Below are positions 8,630 through 18,700 of a stretch of 64,000 nt of DNA, one piece after another; positions within the stretch are counted from its first letter, which is position 1; every line of letters starts with the position of its first letter. The notes beneath the pieces were generated by a model. That model ran no database searches. It saw only the letters and a list, made by a program, of their open reading frames with translations, and was not told where the DNA came from. The position numbers were made by a program, and so were the translations under genes. Location: the IMG/VR virus record IMGVR_UViG_3300005438_000120, positions 33,467 through 97,466 of that record; one strand, 5' to 3'. Source of the DNA: a virus (taxonomy: Duplodnaviria; Caudoviricetes).

Positions 8630-9690
8630 CGGCTCACTACCTTGACCACATCACGCGGCGCGAGGAACGGCTTACCTTCCGGCCCCTTCACGAACGGAGC
8701 GATATAGATCAACCTCACGACCCATCGATGCTGCCATTCGCGCTCCGTTTCGCCGGTCTCTCGTTCGGCGTACACGCGGCGCAACCGCACGACCATCACT
8801 TTCGGGAGCGGCTTGTTGGCGCGCTGCGCGGCGCGAGTAGCCTGACGCGGCAATCTCGCTGACTCGCGCTGCACGACTTCAAGCTCCATGAAGCCAAGCA
8901 ACGCTGCGATGTCAATCCAAAACTGCCCCTTGTTGTAATTGATCTCGCCGCGCGGGATGTTTTTGTCAATCCACTTGTCAGAGCGCAAAGCGAGCAGTTC
9001 GCCGCGCCGGATGTGCGTTGATCCGATCTGAAGTGGCTTCCGTGCGCCACGAGTCCAGAACGCCACGGCGTAGCATTCGGTCTCGCCGATCGAGAGAATC
9101 ACCGCCATGTCGCTCAGCAGAAGAATCGAGGCGCATGGCTTCGCGTCGAATGGCATTCCGACAAAGGCATCAGCACCGCGAAGCGCTGCCCGCTGCAAGT
9201 CAGCATCCCACGCGATGATCTCCGCGTTGGTAGCTGCGCGCATCTGCTCAACCGGAATCCTTTCGTCCGTGCCGGTGAAAAACTCACCGAGCAACGCGTC
9301 TCGGGCCTCGATTGCATCGAACGGCGTTCGTGTGGCGTTGTGGAGCTTTTCGATTACCCGCGCGAGTCGTGCTCGCTGAGGAATGACCTTAGAATCGTTG
9401 CACTTGTTGCAACATCTTCCTTCGTACGGGGCCGCGCTATTACCGCATAGGATCACTTCGCCGCCGCAGAGGTCGCAGACGTGATAGCCCTTCGCGACGA
9501 TGCCGCTCCTTCCGCAAACATGCTCAGCGGCGTTGCGTACCGCGAATGCACCTTCGTCCCCATCTTTCGGCATCGTGCCTTCGAGCATCAGTCGATTGCC
9601 GTCCGGTAGGTCTACGGTGAATTGATCGTCCGTACCCTCAACCGGCGACATCGGCAACTCGATATCGTTCGTCTCGGCATCATCGCTCAC
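8626..9690 (-). CDS. Hypothetical phage protein with central Zn ribbon and C-terminal WVVR...IAPFVKGP motif
   Basis: GTG at 9690 overlaps stop of the ATPase gene. Confidence 0.6.
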   Translation of the reverse strand: MSDDAETNDIELPMSPVEGTDDQFTVDLPDGNRLMLEGTMPKDGDEGAFAVRNAAEHVCGRSGIVAKGYHVCDLCGGEVILCGNSAAPYEGRCCNKCNDSKVIPQRARLARVIEKLHNATRTPFDAIEARDALLGEFFTGTDERIPVEQMRAATNAEIIAWDADLQRAALRGADAFVGMPFDAKPCASILLLSDMAVILSIGETECYAVAFWTRGARKPLQIGSTHIRRGELLALRSDKWIDKNIPRGEINYNKGQFWIDIAALLGFMELEVVQRESARLPRQATRAAQRANKPLPKVMVVRLRRVYAERETGETEREWQHRWVVRLIYIAPFVKGPEGKPFLAPRDVVKVVSR

Positions 9691-11117
9691 GGTCCCGCCT
9701 CTCGGTACATCTTCGCGAGCAACGCCCCGAGTCGGCAGCACTCCTCGTGAAACGAATTACTCAGGTGGTCCGACACGCGATCGTGCGCGAGTTCGTGCAA
9801 CAGCAACTCATTCAGCGCGTCCTCGTCAAGCGTATCTTCGCGCAGCGTCGGCACGCGCGGCACATTGACGATCAGTTCCGAATCTCCGTAGCAAGCGACG
9901 AAGGGCCAATTGCGATCGTTTGCGAAATGCACGGCGATCTCCTTGCCTATGATCCGTTCCGCTACACGCTTCGCATGACTCCGCGCCCGCAGCATCACTG
10001 GGGTCTCCACGTCTACCATCTTCAGCGGCTTCCCTCCGGGCTTGAACGGTTTCGGCGATGGTGTAACCTTCCCGGCAGGCAGCAACGCTGCCGCGCTCCG
10101 TACGTTCCGCCACGCATCAGCAGAATACGCGCCGCCCGGAACGACGGTGAATCCTTGCGTGACGGCGATCTTCGTCCCTTCGGTGTCCGATGGATCGTTG
10201 ATTACTGCGCGATCTCCGAACTGAAGTTTCACGACAGCGCGTACGGCATCCTGCGAAACGTCGGGATCTTCCATCGCGTTGCGAACCCACGGCGCGCGCG
10301 AATCGTCATCACGAAGCTCGCCGAACGTCGCCGACAGAACGACCGCTCGGAGTTGCTGAAGATACGCAGACGTCACGTTATCGCGATTCATGTTCAGCGG
10401 TATTTTCTGATGGACGTTGTAGTGAAACTTTTCGCCGGTAGCGACTACCGGAATCCCCATTTCGAAGATGTGCGCTTCCTCGCCTTCACGGACACGCCAG
10501 ACCGCAACCAGCGTCTTTCGAAGGGAGCGGCGCAGGATGCCTGTGCCGTCGCTGATTTCTGTCGGCAATGTCGCCGAGGGCGCAGCAATGAGGTCCGCGT
10601 AGTCGCGTTTGATCGGAACGTCATTAAGCGTCACTGCAATCTGCGTCGGCGGGATGATGAGGCGCAGGAGATCGCACGCGGCGCGGAGTTCGTCGCGCGT
10701 CATCGAAATCAACGCGGAGAATCGCGAGCCTTGTTTCGTTTTCTCGCGCAGCCGATGACGGCCTTGCGCATCGAAACGAACAGCGCCAGTGGTCGTCGTG
10801 ATTGTCGCTTCACGGCAGAGCGAGAGGATCAGCTTCTCGCCGAGATTGAAGCGCCCGCGCTTCTCAGGGTTCGCTTTGCGGCTTGACTCCGCGAACAACG
10901 TCCATGCGTGTGCGAGATTTTCGAAACCGAGAGGCGAGTCATCCGTGACGGTCAGTAGCGCGGTTGCTTGATTCGCGATCGGATGCAGCACCAAATCTAC
11001 GCGCGTCGTTCCTTCGGCATCGAAAGCATTCTGAGCGAGTTCCAGAATCGCCGCAGACTTGCCGCGCGCATCTAGCAGCTTGCGAAGTCCTTCCTTGTCC
11101 ACATCGAACCAGTTCAT
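9687..11117 (-). CDS. GHKL (HATPase_c-type) ATPase with C-terminal HExxH domain
   Basis: ELAQNAFDA, DDSPLGF, RGRFNLGEK, then LLHELAHD...H...F. Confidence 0.75.
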   Translation of the reverse strand: MNWFDVDKEGLRKLLDARGKSAAILELAQNAFDAEGTTRVDLVLHPIANQATALLTVTDDSPLGFENLAHAWTLFAESSRKANPEKRGRFNLGEKLILSLCREATITTTTGAVRFDAQGRHRLREKTKQGSRFSALISMTRDELRAACDLLRLIIPPTQIAVTLNDVPIKRDYADLIAAPSATLPTEISDGTGILRRSLRKTLVAVWRVREGEEAHIFEMGIPVVATGEKFHYNVHQKIPLNMNRDNVTSAYLQQLRAVVLSATFGELRDDDSRAPWVRNAMEDPDVSQDAVRAVVKLQFGDRAVINDPSDTEGTKIAVTQGFTVVPGGAYSADAWRNVRSAAALLPAGKVTPSPKPFKPGGKPLKMVDVETPVMLRARSHAKRVAERIIGKEIAVHFANDRNWPFVACYGDSELIVNVPRVPTLREDTLDEDALNELLLHELAHDRVSDHLSNSFHEECCRLGALLAKMYREAGP

Positions 11118-11602
11118 GACTTCACCTTGCGCGAAGCGTCGAGAACGAACCGCACCACATCGGCAACGTCAACGCCAGCCGCGAACGACGGAGGATCGTC
11201 CTTCGTGAACGCGACGATCGGATTGAAGTCCGCGCCGTTCGTTCGCCAGCCACCGAAGCAACGGAAGTTTTTCGTGACGGCGGTAACGATTGCGGCGACT
11301 ATATCGACTTTCGGCGCTCGCTTTTTGTCGGCGATACGAACGACAGGAAAGCTCCATCCGCGCGAAGGATTCTCGTTCCATCCGACCGCGTAACCGTTTT
11401 CGAGTTCGTACCAAGTCAGCACGAATTTTTCGCGACCCGGCCACGGCTTGACGCGGCCATCATGCGCGGCGGTTACGATGATGTGCGCGAATCGACGCGA
11501 ACGTTCGCCGCTAAACTCAAAACCTGAGAACTCATGCGGGAGCGCGTCACCGAGCGTTTTGCCGATTTTGTAATCTAGGTTCATCATTTGCGTTGCCTCC
11601 AT
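11114..11602 (-). CDS. Hypothetical protein, first gene of leftward operon
   Basis: Starts MEATQMM; WYELENGYAVGWNENPSRGWSFPV. Confidence 0.6.
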   Translation of the reverse strand: MEATQMMNLDYKIGKTLGDALPHEFSGFEFSGERSRRFAHIIVTAAHDGRVKPWPGREKFVLTWYELENGYAVGWNENPSRGWSFPVVRIADKKRAPKVDIVAAIVTAVTKNFRCFGGWRTNGADFNPIVAFTKDDPPSFAAGVDVADVVRFVLDASRKVKS

Positions 11603-11682
11603 TTGCAAATCATACTACCGCGCAGGCGCGATGTCAAGCGTTGACTTTTCATCCCGCCCGCGCGTACGATACCCTCTCGATG
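11600..11682. promoter_or_regulatory. Back-to-back divergent promoters
   Basis: Minus TTGACA(11637-11632)-N17-TATGAT-N6-ATG; plus TTGACT(11641)-N18-TACGAT, ATG at 11680. Confidence 0.7.
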
Positions 11683-12060
11683 GGACTTGACGAAGCAACA
11701 ATCCAGCAAGCGCGATCCGAAATCGGCAGACGTGGCGCGGTCGCGCTGAACAACAGCCGCACAAAAAAAGAACGCAGCGCAGCCGCGAAAATAGCCGGGG
11801 CAGCGGGCATCGAGTCGCGGAAGAAATGCCGACACCCGAAACACCGTCGCGAGATCGCCTGCGGATTTTGCGCGCGAACTTTGGAGCGGATGGTAGACGG
11901 AGAAATGACGCGAGTTGAGATTCGCGCATCGAACGTTGCACCGACTGCCGCGACTCTCGCGTGCGTCATCGCTCGGATGGAATGCAAACACCCGAAGGCG
12001 AGGCGGCGCGTAATCTGCGGATTCTGCCGTAAGCCGGTAGGCGCGAAGCCCGTAAGCTAG
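11680..12060 (+). CDS. Basic protein with duplicated CxHPKxRR...CGFC zinc module
   Basis: CRHPKHRREIACGFC and CKHPKARRRVICGFC. Confidence 0.6.
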   Translation: MGLDEATIQQARSEIGRRGAVALNNSRTKKERSAAAKIAGAAGIESRKKCRHPKHRREIACGFCARTLERMVDGEMTRVEIRASNVAPTAATLACVIARMECKHPKARRRVICGFCRKPVGAKPVS

Positions 12061-12097
12061 TTCACTATTTCGCGGCAGGTGCGAATCGCCGAGTCGG

Positions 12098-12445
12098 TTA
12101 CTTAGTCAGCGGCGTGCCGTAGACGCTCGGTGGCGTCGGCGGCGCTTCGCTGAAGTCAATGTAATACTCGATCCCCGGCTTGAAGAACTCGGCGGCGCTC
12201 GGGTTGTTGATGGTCATCTTCAGTTCACCGTTCGGCGTCGCATCCCAAAACGATTTGTTCTCATGCTCGGGGTTGGTCGAGTAGACTGGCTTCAAGGTGA
12301 TCTGTCGTTGCGGCGGGTTGATTGAGTAGACGTTAATGTCCGAGACGAAGAACTTGGCGCGGACTTGGGAAAGCGCGTTGGGTTTGGTGCACTCCGGGCA
12401 ATCGACGTGGCCGGAATCGTTGATCGGAAGAGTAATGTTAGACAT
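12098..12445 (-). CDS. Conserved hypothetical phage protein
   Basis: AAGGAG RBS; VRAKF...ENKSFWDATPNG...YYIDF. Confidence 0.7.
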   Translation of the reverse strand: MSNITLPINDSGHVDCPECTKPNALSQVRAKFFVSDINVYSINPPQRQITLKPVYSTNPEHENKSFWDATPNGELKMTINNPSAAEFFKPGIEYYIDFSEAPPTPPSVYGTPLTK

Positions 12446-12745
12446 TGAGTCGCTCCTTTTGTGATGCGTCGTGCTTCTAACTGCGTTGAACTGCTCGGCG
12501 ATTCGCAGTAAAAGTGTAGCACGCGCCCTACCTTTTCTTCGCTTCCTTGTCTCATCTTTCATGAGAACAGTTGACGAAGCCTACGCGGAGTTCCAAGCCG
12601 TCTACCATCCCGACGCCCTGCTAGATGTAACCCTCGCTTCCGGCGAAACGTGGCCGCGCAAAGACGTGCGAGATATCGTCGCCAGAATCAAGCGGCGCAC
12701 GGATCGCGGAGAACGTGTTGAGATCGTGGCCGTTGCGCCGTCTGA

Positions 12746-12805
12746 ACAAATAGCTTGACATCGCGCGGGCGCGATACTATTGTTCCGCTCATGGAGGCCA
12801 ACATG
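12746..12805 (+). promoter_or_regulatory. Early promoter with dual start
   Basis: TTGACA(12755)-N17-TATTGT-N7-ATGGAGGCCAACATG; ACAAATAGCTTGACA identical to 21151-21165. Confidence 0.75.
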
Positions 12806-13093
12806 GAAGCCAACGAAACGGTAGCAACGCAGCGCGACGTAGATTACCGCCAAGTGCGCATCGAACGAGTCAAACCGCAATGCTTCGAAGCAATCGAGAC
12901 GATGCGCCGCTTTCTCGACGACGCGACGCGCGAGATATCCCGTGATTCTACGGGGCCGGAACAGGCGATCAGCGTTACAACGACAAAACTTGCGTGGGGT
13001 TTCGCTAACGCGAGCGGTTGTCTTTCGAACGCACTTGTGGCGCTCGAAGACGCACGGAAGATCGGTGAAAATAGATCGCTGCTTCGCGTGTGA
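12791..13093 (+). CDS. Hypothetical helical protein
   Basis: First gene after the promoter. Confidence 0.6.
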   Translation: MEANMEANETVATQRDVDYRQVRIERVKPQCFEAIETMRRFLDDATREISRDSTGPEQAISVTTTKLAWGFANASGCLSNALVALEDARKIGENRSLLRV

Positions 13094-13261
13094 TCGTAAG
13101 ATCGGGAAGCGAGGACCGTGCGATGCAGATACGCGTGACGATCAAATCGTTTACGTCGGCGAGGAGTGCGCGAAGAAAATTCGCGCGGCTGGTGACGCCG
13201 GGTATCAGCCGCCGCTCGGTGGACCGAAACTTTACCCGATGCCGCAGATGTGGAGCGCATC

Positions 13262-14185
13262 ATGAAAACGGATCGCAGAGCAACGCACGCAGGCCAATGT
13301 CAGGCCTGCGGTTCAACGCAAAAGCTCCCGCTCGGCGTACTTGCGCAGCATGGCTATGAAGTCAAGTGGCATCAGTTCGAGGGCGTCTGCGTCGGCCACG
13401 GTCATCTTCCGTACGAACTGAGCGCAGAACTTCTGCCGGGACTGATCGAAGCCGCGAAGGTTCGACGCGAGCGGATGCTTGACGCGCAACGCGACCTTCG
13501 CATCCCAACTTCGGAGAATCGCGTTGATTACGTCTTCAATCGCTACGACCGTCGATTCGCTTTCGGTGAAGCAGCACACGTTGAAACTGAAACTCGCGCG
13601 AGGGGCGATCATTCGTGGCTGCTGTACTTCGCCGTAGCCGAACGTGACGGACTTCGCGAAGGCGTTCCGAGTTACCTGACGCCCGCCGAAGTGACGGACG
13701 CGCTGTCGCTCGTGAATCACCTGCGCCAGCGTAACGCTGATGACATTGAGCCGCGCATCCTTGCCGAAACTTCGTACATCAAGTGGCAGACGAAACGCCT
13801 TGCCGATTGGAAGGTTCGCCCGCTACGCGAGGTAGTCGAAATCGAAGCGAAGGAAGCGGAGAAAAAGAAAGCGGCGCTAGACGAGAAGCGTGCGGCGCGT
13901 GACGCGAAGGAACGGGCGAAGATTCTCCGCGATGGCGAACGTGCGGCGCGACTGATTGCGAAATTCGAAAAACTCGTTCCTGCCGATATTCGCGCGAGTC
14001 TCCCGCGCTACACGCACGAAAGTCTCCAGAAAGAGTTGCGGCGGCGCAACCTTGAACGATTGCCTTCGACTGTAGGCTATCTTCTTTCCGATTGCCTGAG
14101 TCAAGCGATCGGCGAAAAAGGATTCCGATTCGTTCCGGACCCTTGGAAGCAAGTTGAGGCCGCGAACAAGCTGCGCGAGCAATAG
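13262..14185 (+). CDS. Hypothetical phage protein, N-terminal Zn ribbon and coiled coil
   Basis: GQCQACG...HGY...CVG; ATGA overlap with 13065..13265. Confidence 0.65.
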   Translation: MKTDRRATHAGQCQACGSTQKLPLGVLAQHGYEVKWHQFEGVCVGHGHLPYELSAELLPGLIEAAKVRRERMLDAQRDLRIPTSENRVDYVFNRYDRRFAFGEAAHVETETRARGDHSWLLYFAVAERDGLREGVPSYLTPAEVTDALSLVNHLRQRNADDIEPRILAETSYIKWQTKRLADWKVRPLREVVEIEAKEAEKKKAALDEKRAARDAKERAKILRDGERAARLIAKFEKLVPADIRASLPRYTHESLQKELRRRNLERLPSTVGYLLSDCLSQAIGEKGFRFVPDPWKQVEAANKLREQ

Positions 14186-14210
14186 CGCTCGCGCGAAAGG
14201 AACCAAAATC

Positions 14211-15799
14211 ATGAACGACGACACACACGAACTGGCAGACGGCTTCCAATTCACACACAAGCGCGGCAACACGATTTCGGTTGAGGATGAGGAAGGCAAC
14301 GAACTTTACTGCGTCACGCTTGATGTCGATCGCAACCTGAAATCCATCCTGAACGCGACTCTACACGCGTATCATCGCGGCTACGGTCTCGGCAATGCGT
14401 GCGGTCGTGACGGGCTCGCTCGGGAGTTGCGCCATTTGCTCGTAGCAGCCGAAGAGAAGGACGCGCTTTGAGCGAACCAGTCTCCCCTGCTATTCATGGC
14501 GATGCGCAAATGGCGGCGCACTGCTGGCGAACGCGCAATCGGCATTTGTCCGCGCTTGACGATATCCGCATCATCATTGATGCGCATCCTCCGCGAGTCG
14601 CCGCGTACATCGCTGCCTATGTCGCGCTCGCCGATCCTGATTTTGTTGATTGGCTCGGCGACGGAATGCCGGATAGCGCAAGGAAGTCATGAAGTCCAAT
14701 CGCATGAGGGCCAGCGAGCCAACCGTAACCCTCCACGTCGAACTCACCGCCGACGAACTCGACGTGATCTGCGCGGACTTGTTGCATTGCGCGGAACTCA
14801 GCTACGCCAGGCCGAAACTACTGACCGACTCACAGGCGCTTGCGCATCGAATTGCACGGGGTGATATGCGCGTAGAGCTTGCTGGCAGGATTCGTCGCAT
14901 TGCAATGGGCGGTGAGCCGTGAGCCGCTGTAAATGCTGCGAGATCGAACTCACGCCCGAAACCGAAACGGATTTCGGCGAGGCGCCGCTCTATAAGCCGT
15001 GCAGCCGTGAGGCATGGCGCGGTTTCGAATCGGCTAAGTCATGGCAAACCGAATGGCCCGATGGCAGCGCTAACGACCGTCAATGGTGGTGGCTGTACGC
15101 GCGTTGTTGGGGCGACGCGGAGCCGAAGTTGTACTCGGTCAATGTGTGGAAGATCGCGAATGGTACAGCGTGGGTTGCGAGCGGCCATTTCATATTTCCG
15201 CAGGATGTCGAAGGACCACCGGCACTTTGGCAGCGTGCGACGTTGCCGGAACTTCCAAGCGACGAGGCATCCGAATTGACCGCGATTCGCGCGTCAGGAC
15301 CGTGCGCCTGCGGTGAAGTTGAGATCATGGTTGGACGAATCGCAACAGTTACCGGCGTGCATACGCTTCAACATTGCATCAGCCATGAGGGTATCGAAGG
15401 GCTTCGCAAGCTGGGAATGATCTCCTCTAGTGATGCCGATGCGCTTTCTGCGATTCCATGGAAAAGTGTGACGCGATGACTCGGCATCGTCACGACTCGC
15501 TGCCCTCTGACGCCGAACAATCGGTCCTCGAAATCTTGAACGGATCAGCGGAGTCGCTGCTTCCGGCTCAGCTTGCGGAGCAACTATGGCCGCAGGCGCG
15601 CGGATGGGATGTCGTGTCGGGATGCGGAAACCGGAACACAGCGCGACGCGGCGGGCAGATGGGCGCGGCGGCGGGAACTATCTTGTGGCGCTTGCATCGG
15701 CGCGGACTCGTGACGTACGACTACTATCACGGAACGCGCAGACGGTGGTGGATCAGCCGCGATGGGCAGCAATTGCTGCGCGAACTTCACGTCATCTAA
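14211..15799 (+). CDS. Run of five coupled small hypothetical genes (14211..14471, 14468..14692, 14689..14922, 14919..15479, 15476..15799; last is winged-helix-like)
   Basis: Consecutive stop/start overlaps. Confidence 0.55.
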
Positions 15800-15945
15800 C
15801 CTTTCGGCCACACACTAAACAGATACGCCAGTGCTAGGCAGAGCTGCCCTGCCGGTGAGAAGCGGAAGTGCGCAGGCTCCTGCGCTCCAAAAGTAGCTAG
15901 ACCGAAAAACACTGCCGCAAGCAAAATCAACGCGAGTGTCACCAT
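15796..15945 (-). CDS. 49-aa membrane protein
   Basis: Not in ORF track: MVTLALILLAAVFFGLATFGAQEPAHFRFSPAGQLCLALAYLFSVWPKG; GAAGGAG RBS. Confidence 0.6.
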   Translation of the reverse strand: MVTLALILLAAVFFGLATFGAQEPAHFRFSPAGQLCLALAYLFSVWPKG

Positions 15946-16039
15946 GCTCGAATCTCCTTCCGCTAATCATGCCCTCGCTTTCGTTCTACGTCAAAACTTT
16001 CGCTTGACTTCGCGGCGGCGGGGTGAAATGATTGAGCAC

Positions 16040-16372
16040 ATGAAAACGGCGCGAAAACTCGGCGGCACACTTCCCGAAACTACGGAGCTTGAGCGCGGGA
16101 TTCACGCGGAGCATGTACGGCTCGCGAATGAGATTAACGGAGAGACCATCAGGCTTCAGCAAGCGGAGATTTCGAAGCAGACCGCGCGCGCGAATGAGGC
16201 GGAGCGCGCCATCGCTGACGTTATTTGCGCGGCGTACGCATTTGACAGCAACCCGCTCGGTCTCTACGAAGCGATACGCAAGTTAGCGTTGCGCTACGCG
16301 TCGGACGAACGAGACAAGGTCGTGCGCCTCATGGACATCGAACGTAGCCGACAGCGCAAGGAGTCGAAATGA
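16040..16372 (+). CDS. Hypothetical coiled-coil protein, leaderless
   Basis: TTGACT(16004)-N17-AATGAT-N7-ATG. Confidence 0.6.
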   Translation: MKTARKLGGTLPETTELERGIHAEHVRLANEINGETIRLQQAEISKQTARANEAERAIADVICAAYAFDSNPLGLYEAIRKLALRYASDERDKVVRLMDIERSRQRKESK

Positions 16373-17148
16373 CGACAGTTGAAGTAGCTACCAAGCGAGA
16401 CTTATCCGACTCCGGCGCGCAGGAAAACGCAGTCGAGTTGCGCGACACACTTTTAGGCGTGATCGCACGCGCCGCTTCCGACCCGAGCGTTGACGTAGCG
16501 AAGATGGAGCGGTTGCTCGAAATGCAGATGACGGTCATGGCGCGTTCCGCAGAATCGTCATTCAATCAGGCGCTCGCGCGTCTTCAGCCGCGACTTCCGC
16601 GCATCACGAAAAATGGTGCGATCGTGCTGAAAGATGGAACGACCAAAATCAAATACGCGCGCTACTCGGATATTTGTGACGCGATCATGCCCCTACTCAC
16701 AGAAGAGGGATTCACGATTTCGTACAGCTCGGATTTGGTTCCTGCCGGAAATTTGTTGAAGATTACTGTGACCGTACGTCACATTGACGGCCATCAGGAC
16801 TCAGGCTCAGTGTTCCTCCCGCTCGCTGACGACACTGGCGCCAAGAACAGGGTGCAGGGAGCTGGCTCAATCTACAGCTACGGTAAGCGATACGCGCTAA
16901 GTCAATACCTGAACATCGTTACGGAAGACGAGGACGATAACGGTATGCAAGGCGCCGGATTGCCAATCGACGATAAAAAAGTCGGCACTATTCTCGACTT
17001 GATCGCCGATATCAAAGACAGCGGAAAGACCTTCAACGATGACGGTTTCCTGAAACTCATGAAGGTCAGCCGCATCGAGGACATCACGAACGGACAATAC
17101 GATACGGCTATATCAGCGCTCAATCAGAAACGGAAGAAGTCACAGTGA
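16369..17148 (+). CDS. ERF-family single-strand annealing protein
   Basis: DVAKMERLL...KYARYSDI...H..GH...QGAGSIYSYGKRYAL...EDEDDNG. Confidence 0.88.
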   Translation: MTTVEVATKRDLSDSGAQENAVELRDTLLGVIARAASDPSVDVAKMERLLEMQMTVMARSAESSFNQALARLQPRLPRITKNGAIVLKDGTTKIKYARYSDICDAIMPLLTEEGFTISYSSDLVPAGNLLKITVTVRHIDGHQDSGSVFLPLADDTGAKNRVQGAGSIYSYGKRYALSQYLNIVTEDEDDNGMQGAGLPIDDKKVGTILDLIADIKDSGKTFNDDGFLKLMKVSRIEDITNGQYDTAISALNQKRKKSQ

Positions 17149-17840
17149 AGCGTTTTGATATGCAGCAGGGTAGCGCTGAATGGCGATTAGCTCGTGCAGG
17201 CGTGCCTACGGCGTCATCGTTTCATCGGATCATCACGCCTAAAACAGGGAAGCCTAGCGAGCAAGCGAAAGCCTACCTGCACGAACTCCTAGCCGAAATC
17301 ATGCTCGGCAGGCCGCTTGATTCGCCGTCGTATCCTTGGATGTCGCGAGGCTTAGAGCTAGAGGAGGACGCGGCGAATTGGTACGAATTCGAGCGGGACG
17401 TTGAAATCGAAACGGTCGGATTTTGCACGACTGATGACGGGCGGTTCGGGGCGAGTCCGGATCGGCTAGTCGGCGAGGATGGCGAACTAGAATTGAAATG
17501 CCCTTCGCCTGCTGTGCATCTTGGATATTTGCTCTATCCGCAACAAGGTGTGGATGCCGTATACAAATGCCAAGTGCAAGGACAGTTACTCGTCACGGAA
17601 CGCAAGTGGGCTGACGTTGTGAGTTATCACCCTGAACTTCCTAAAGTCATTGTTCGCGTAAATCGAGACGAAGATTACATCGCCCTGATGCGCGCCGCGC
17701 TTGACGACTTCTGCGCGAAACTGGCGGAGGGCAAGGCGGAACTTGAACGTCGCGGACTGCTGGCAACTTCGGACTCGAGTGAACGCAAAGAATCACTATC
17801 GACTAGCGACGCGATCAATCAATTTCTACGCGGAACATAA
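17145..17840 (+). CDS. YqaJ / lambda-exonuclease family protein
   Basis: QGSAEW...R.G..TAS, RGLELE, GASPD, LELKCP, QVQGQL. Confidence 0.92.
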   Translation: MKRFDMQQGSAEWRLARAGVPTASSFHRIITPKTGKPSEQAKAYLHELLAEIMLGRPLDSPSYPWMSRGLELEEDAANWYEFERDVEIETVGFCTTDDGRFGASPDRLVGEDGELELKCPSPAVHLGYLLYPQQGVDAVYKCQVQGQLLVTERKWADVVSYHPELPKVIVRVNRDEDYIALMRAALDDFCAKLAEGKAELERRGLLATSDSSERKESLSTSDAINQFLRGT

Positions 17841-17887
17841 TCTTAGCGAACGGCACATCTGCCGCGCGTTGGAGAGCGACAACTACC

Positions 17888-18700
17888 ATGAGCGAGGAAC
17901 AAAGGAGACGATACGTGAGACGATTCGACATTGAACAACTGACCCGATTCAAAAAGTACACCGAGGATGACATCACGGCCACGCAACAGGAAATCAAGTC
18001 GGCGGAAGGTGAAGCCTTCGAGACGGCATGCGAGAAACGGAACTCACTGAAAGATCAGGCCGCGTTGATCGATCAGCACATCGCAGCCGGGACGAAGGAA
18101 GAGGAGACCAGCGAGAAAGAGCAGACTCCTGCGCAAAAGCGCGCCGCCGCTAAGGCTGCGAAAGACGCCGCCGCTGCTTCGGCGAATCAGTAGTCACCCC
18201 TCTGTTGTGGCGACGTAGCGGCGATTGTCGCTGCGTCGTTAGAGCATGGAGGCGTCATGGAATTCAATGTCACACACGACATCACAAGCGAGTGGGCAGC
18301 GTGCAGAGTTGCCGAGATCAGCGCGCGCGCAACACGATGCCGGTACGCCGCCGACTTCAAGGAAGCGGCAGAATGCGAACAGGACGCCGACGCTTTCAGA
18401 GTCTTGTCTGACATGTTGCGTATGAACATGAGCGCAGCTTTGCCGCAATCGTTGTCGCCTCCGCTGGCCCCGGCGTTTTGGCTCGTCTGGCGTGAAGGCG
18501 GACGATTCGCCGAAAACATCCCCGAATGCCGCCATTTCGAAATAGCCGCAGCCAATGCCGAGGCCGAACGGTTGGCAAAGAAACATCCCGGCGTCAGATT
18601 CTTTGTCGTTCCCGTTCGCGACTACGCGCTTGCCGCGATTATGCCGGTCGCGTGGGGATCGGTGACGCGCGACGACATAGAAGTGGAAGTGCCGTTCTGA
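17888..18700 (+). CDS. Two hypothetical proteins (17888..18193; 18257..18700)
   Basis: Second has GGAGG RBS and AEAERLAKKHPG..FFV motif. Confidence 0.55.

Noticed and set aside
9747-10886. 379-aa plus-strand ORF and similar long antisense ORFs (e.g. 38100..38885, 45725..46372, 47736..48332)
   Set aside because: Shadows of real genes in GC-rich DNA; no motifs or RBS
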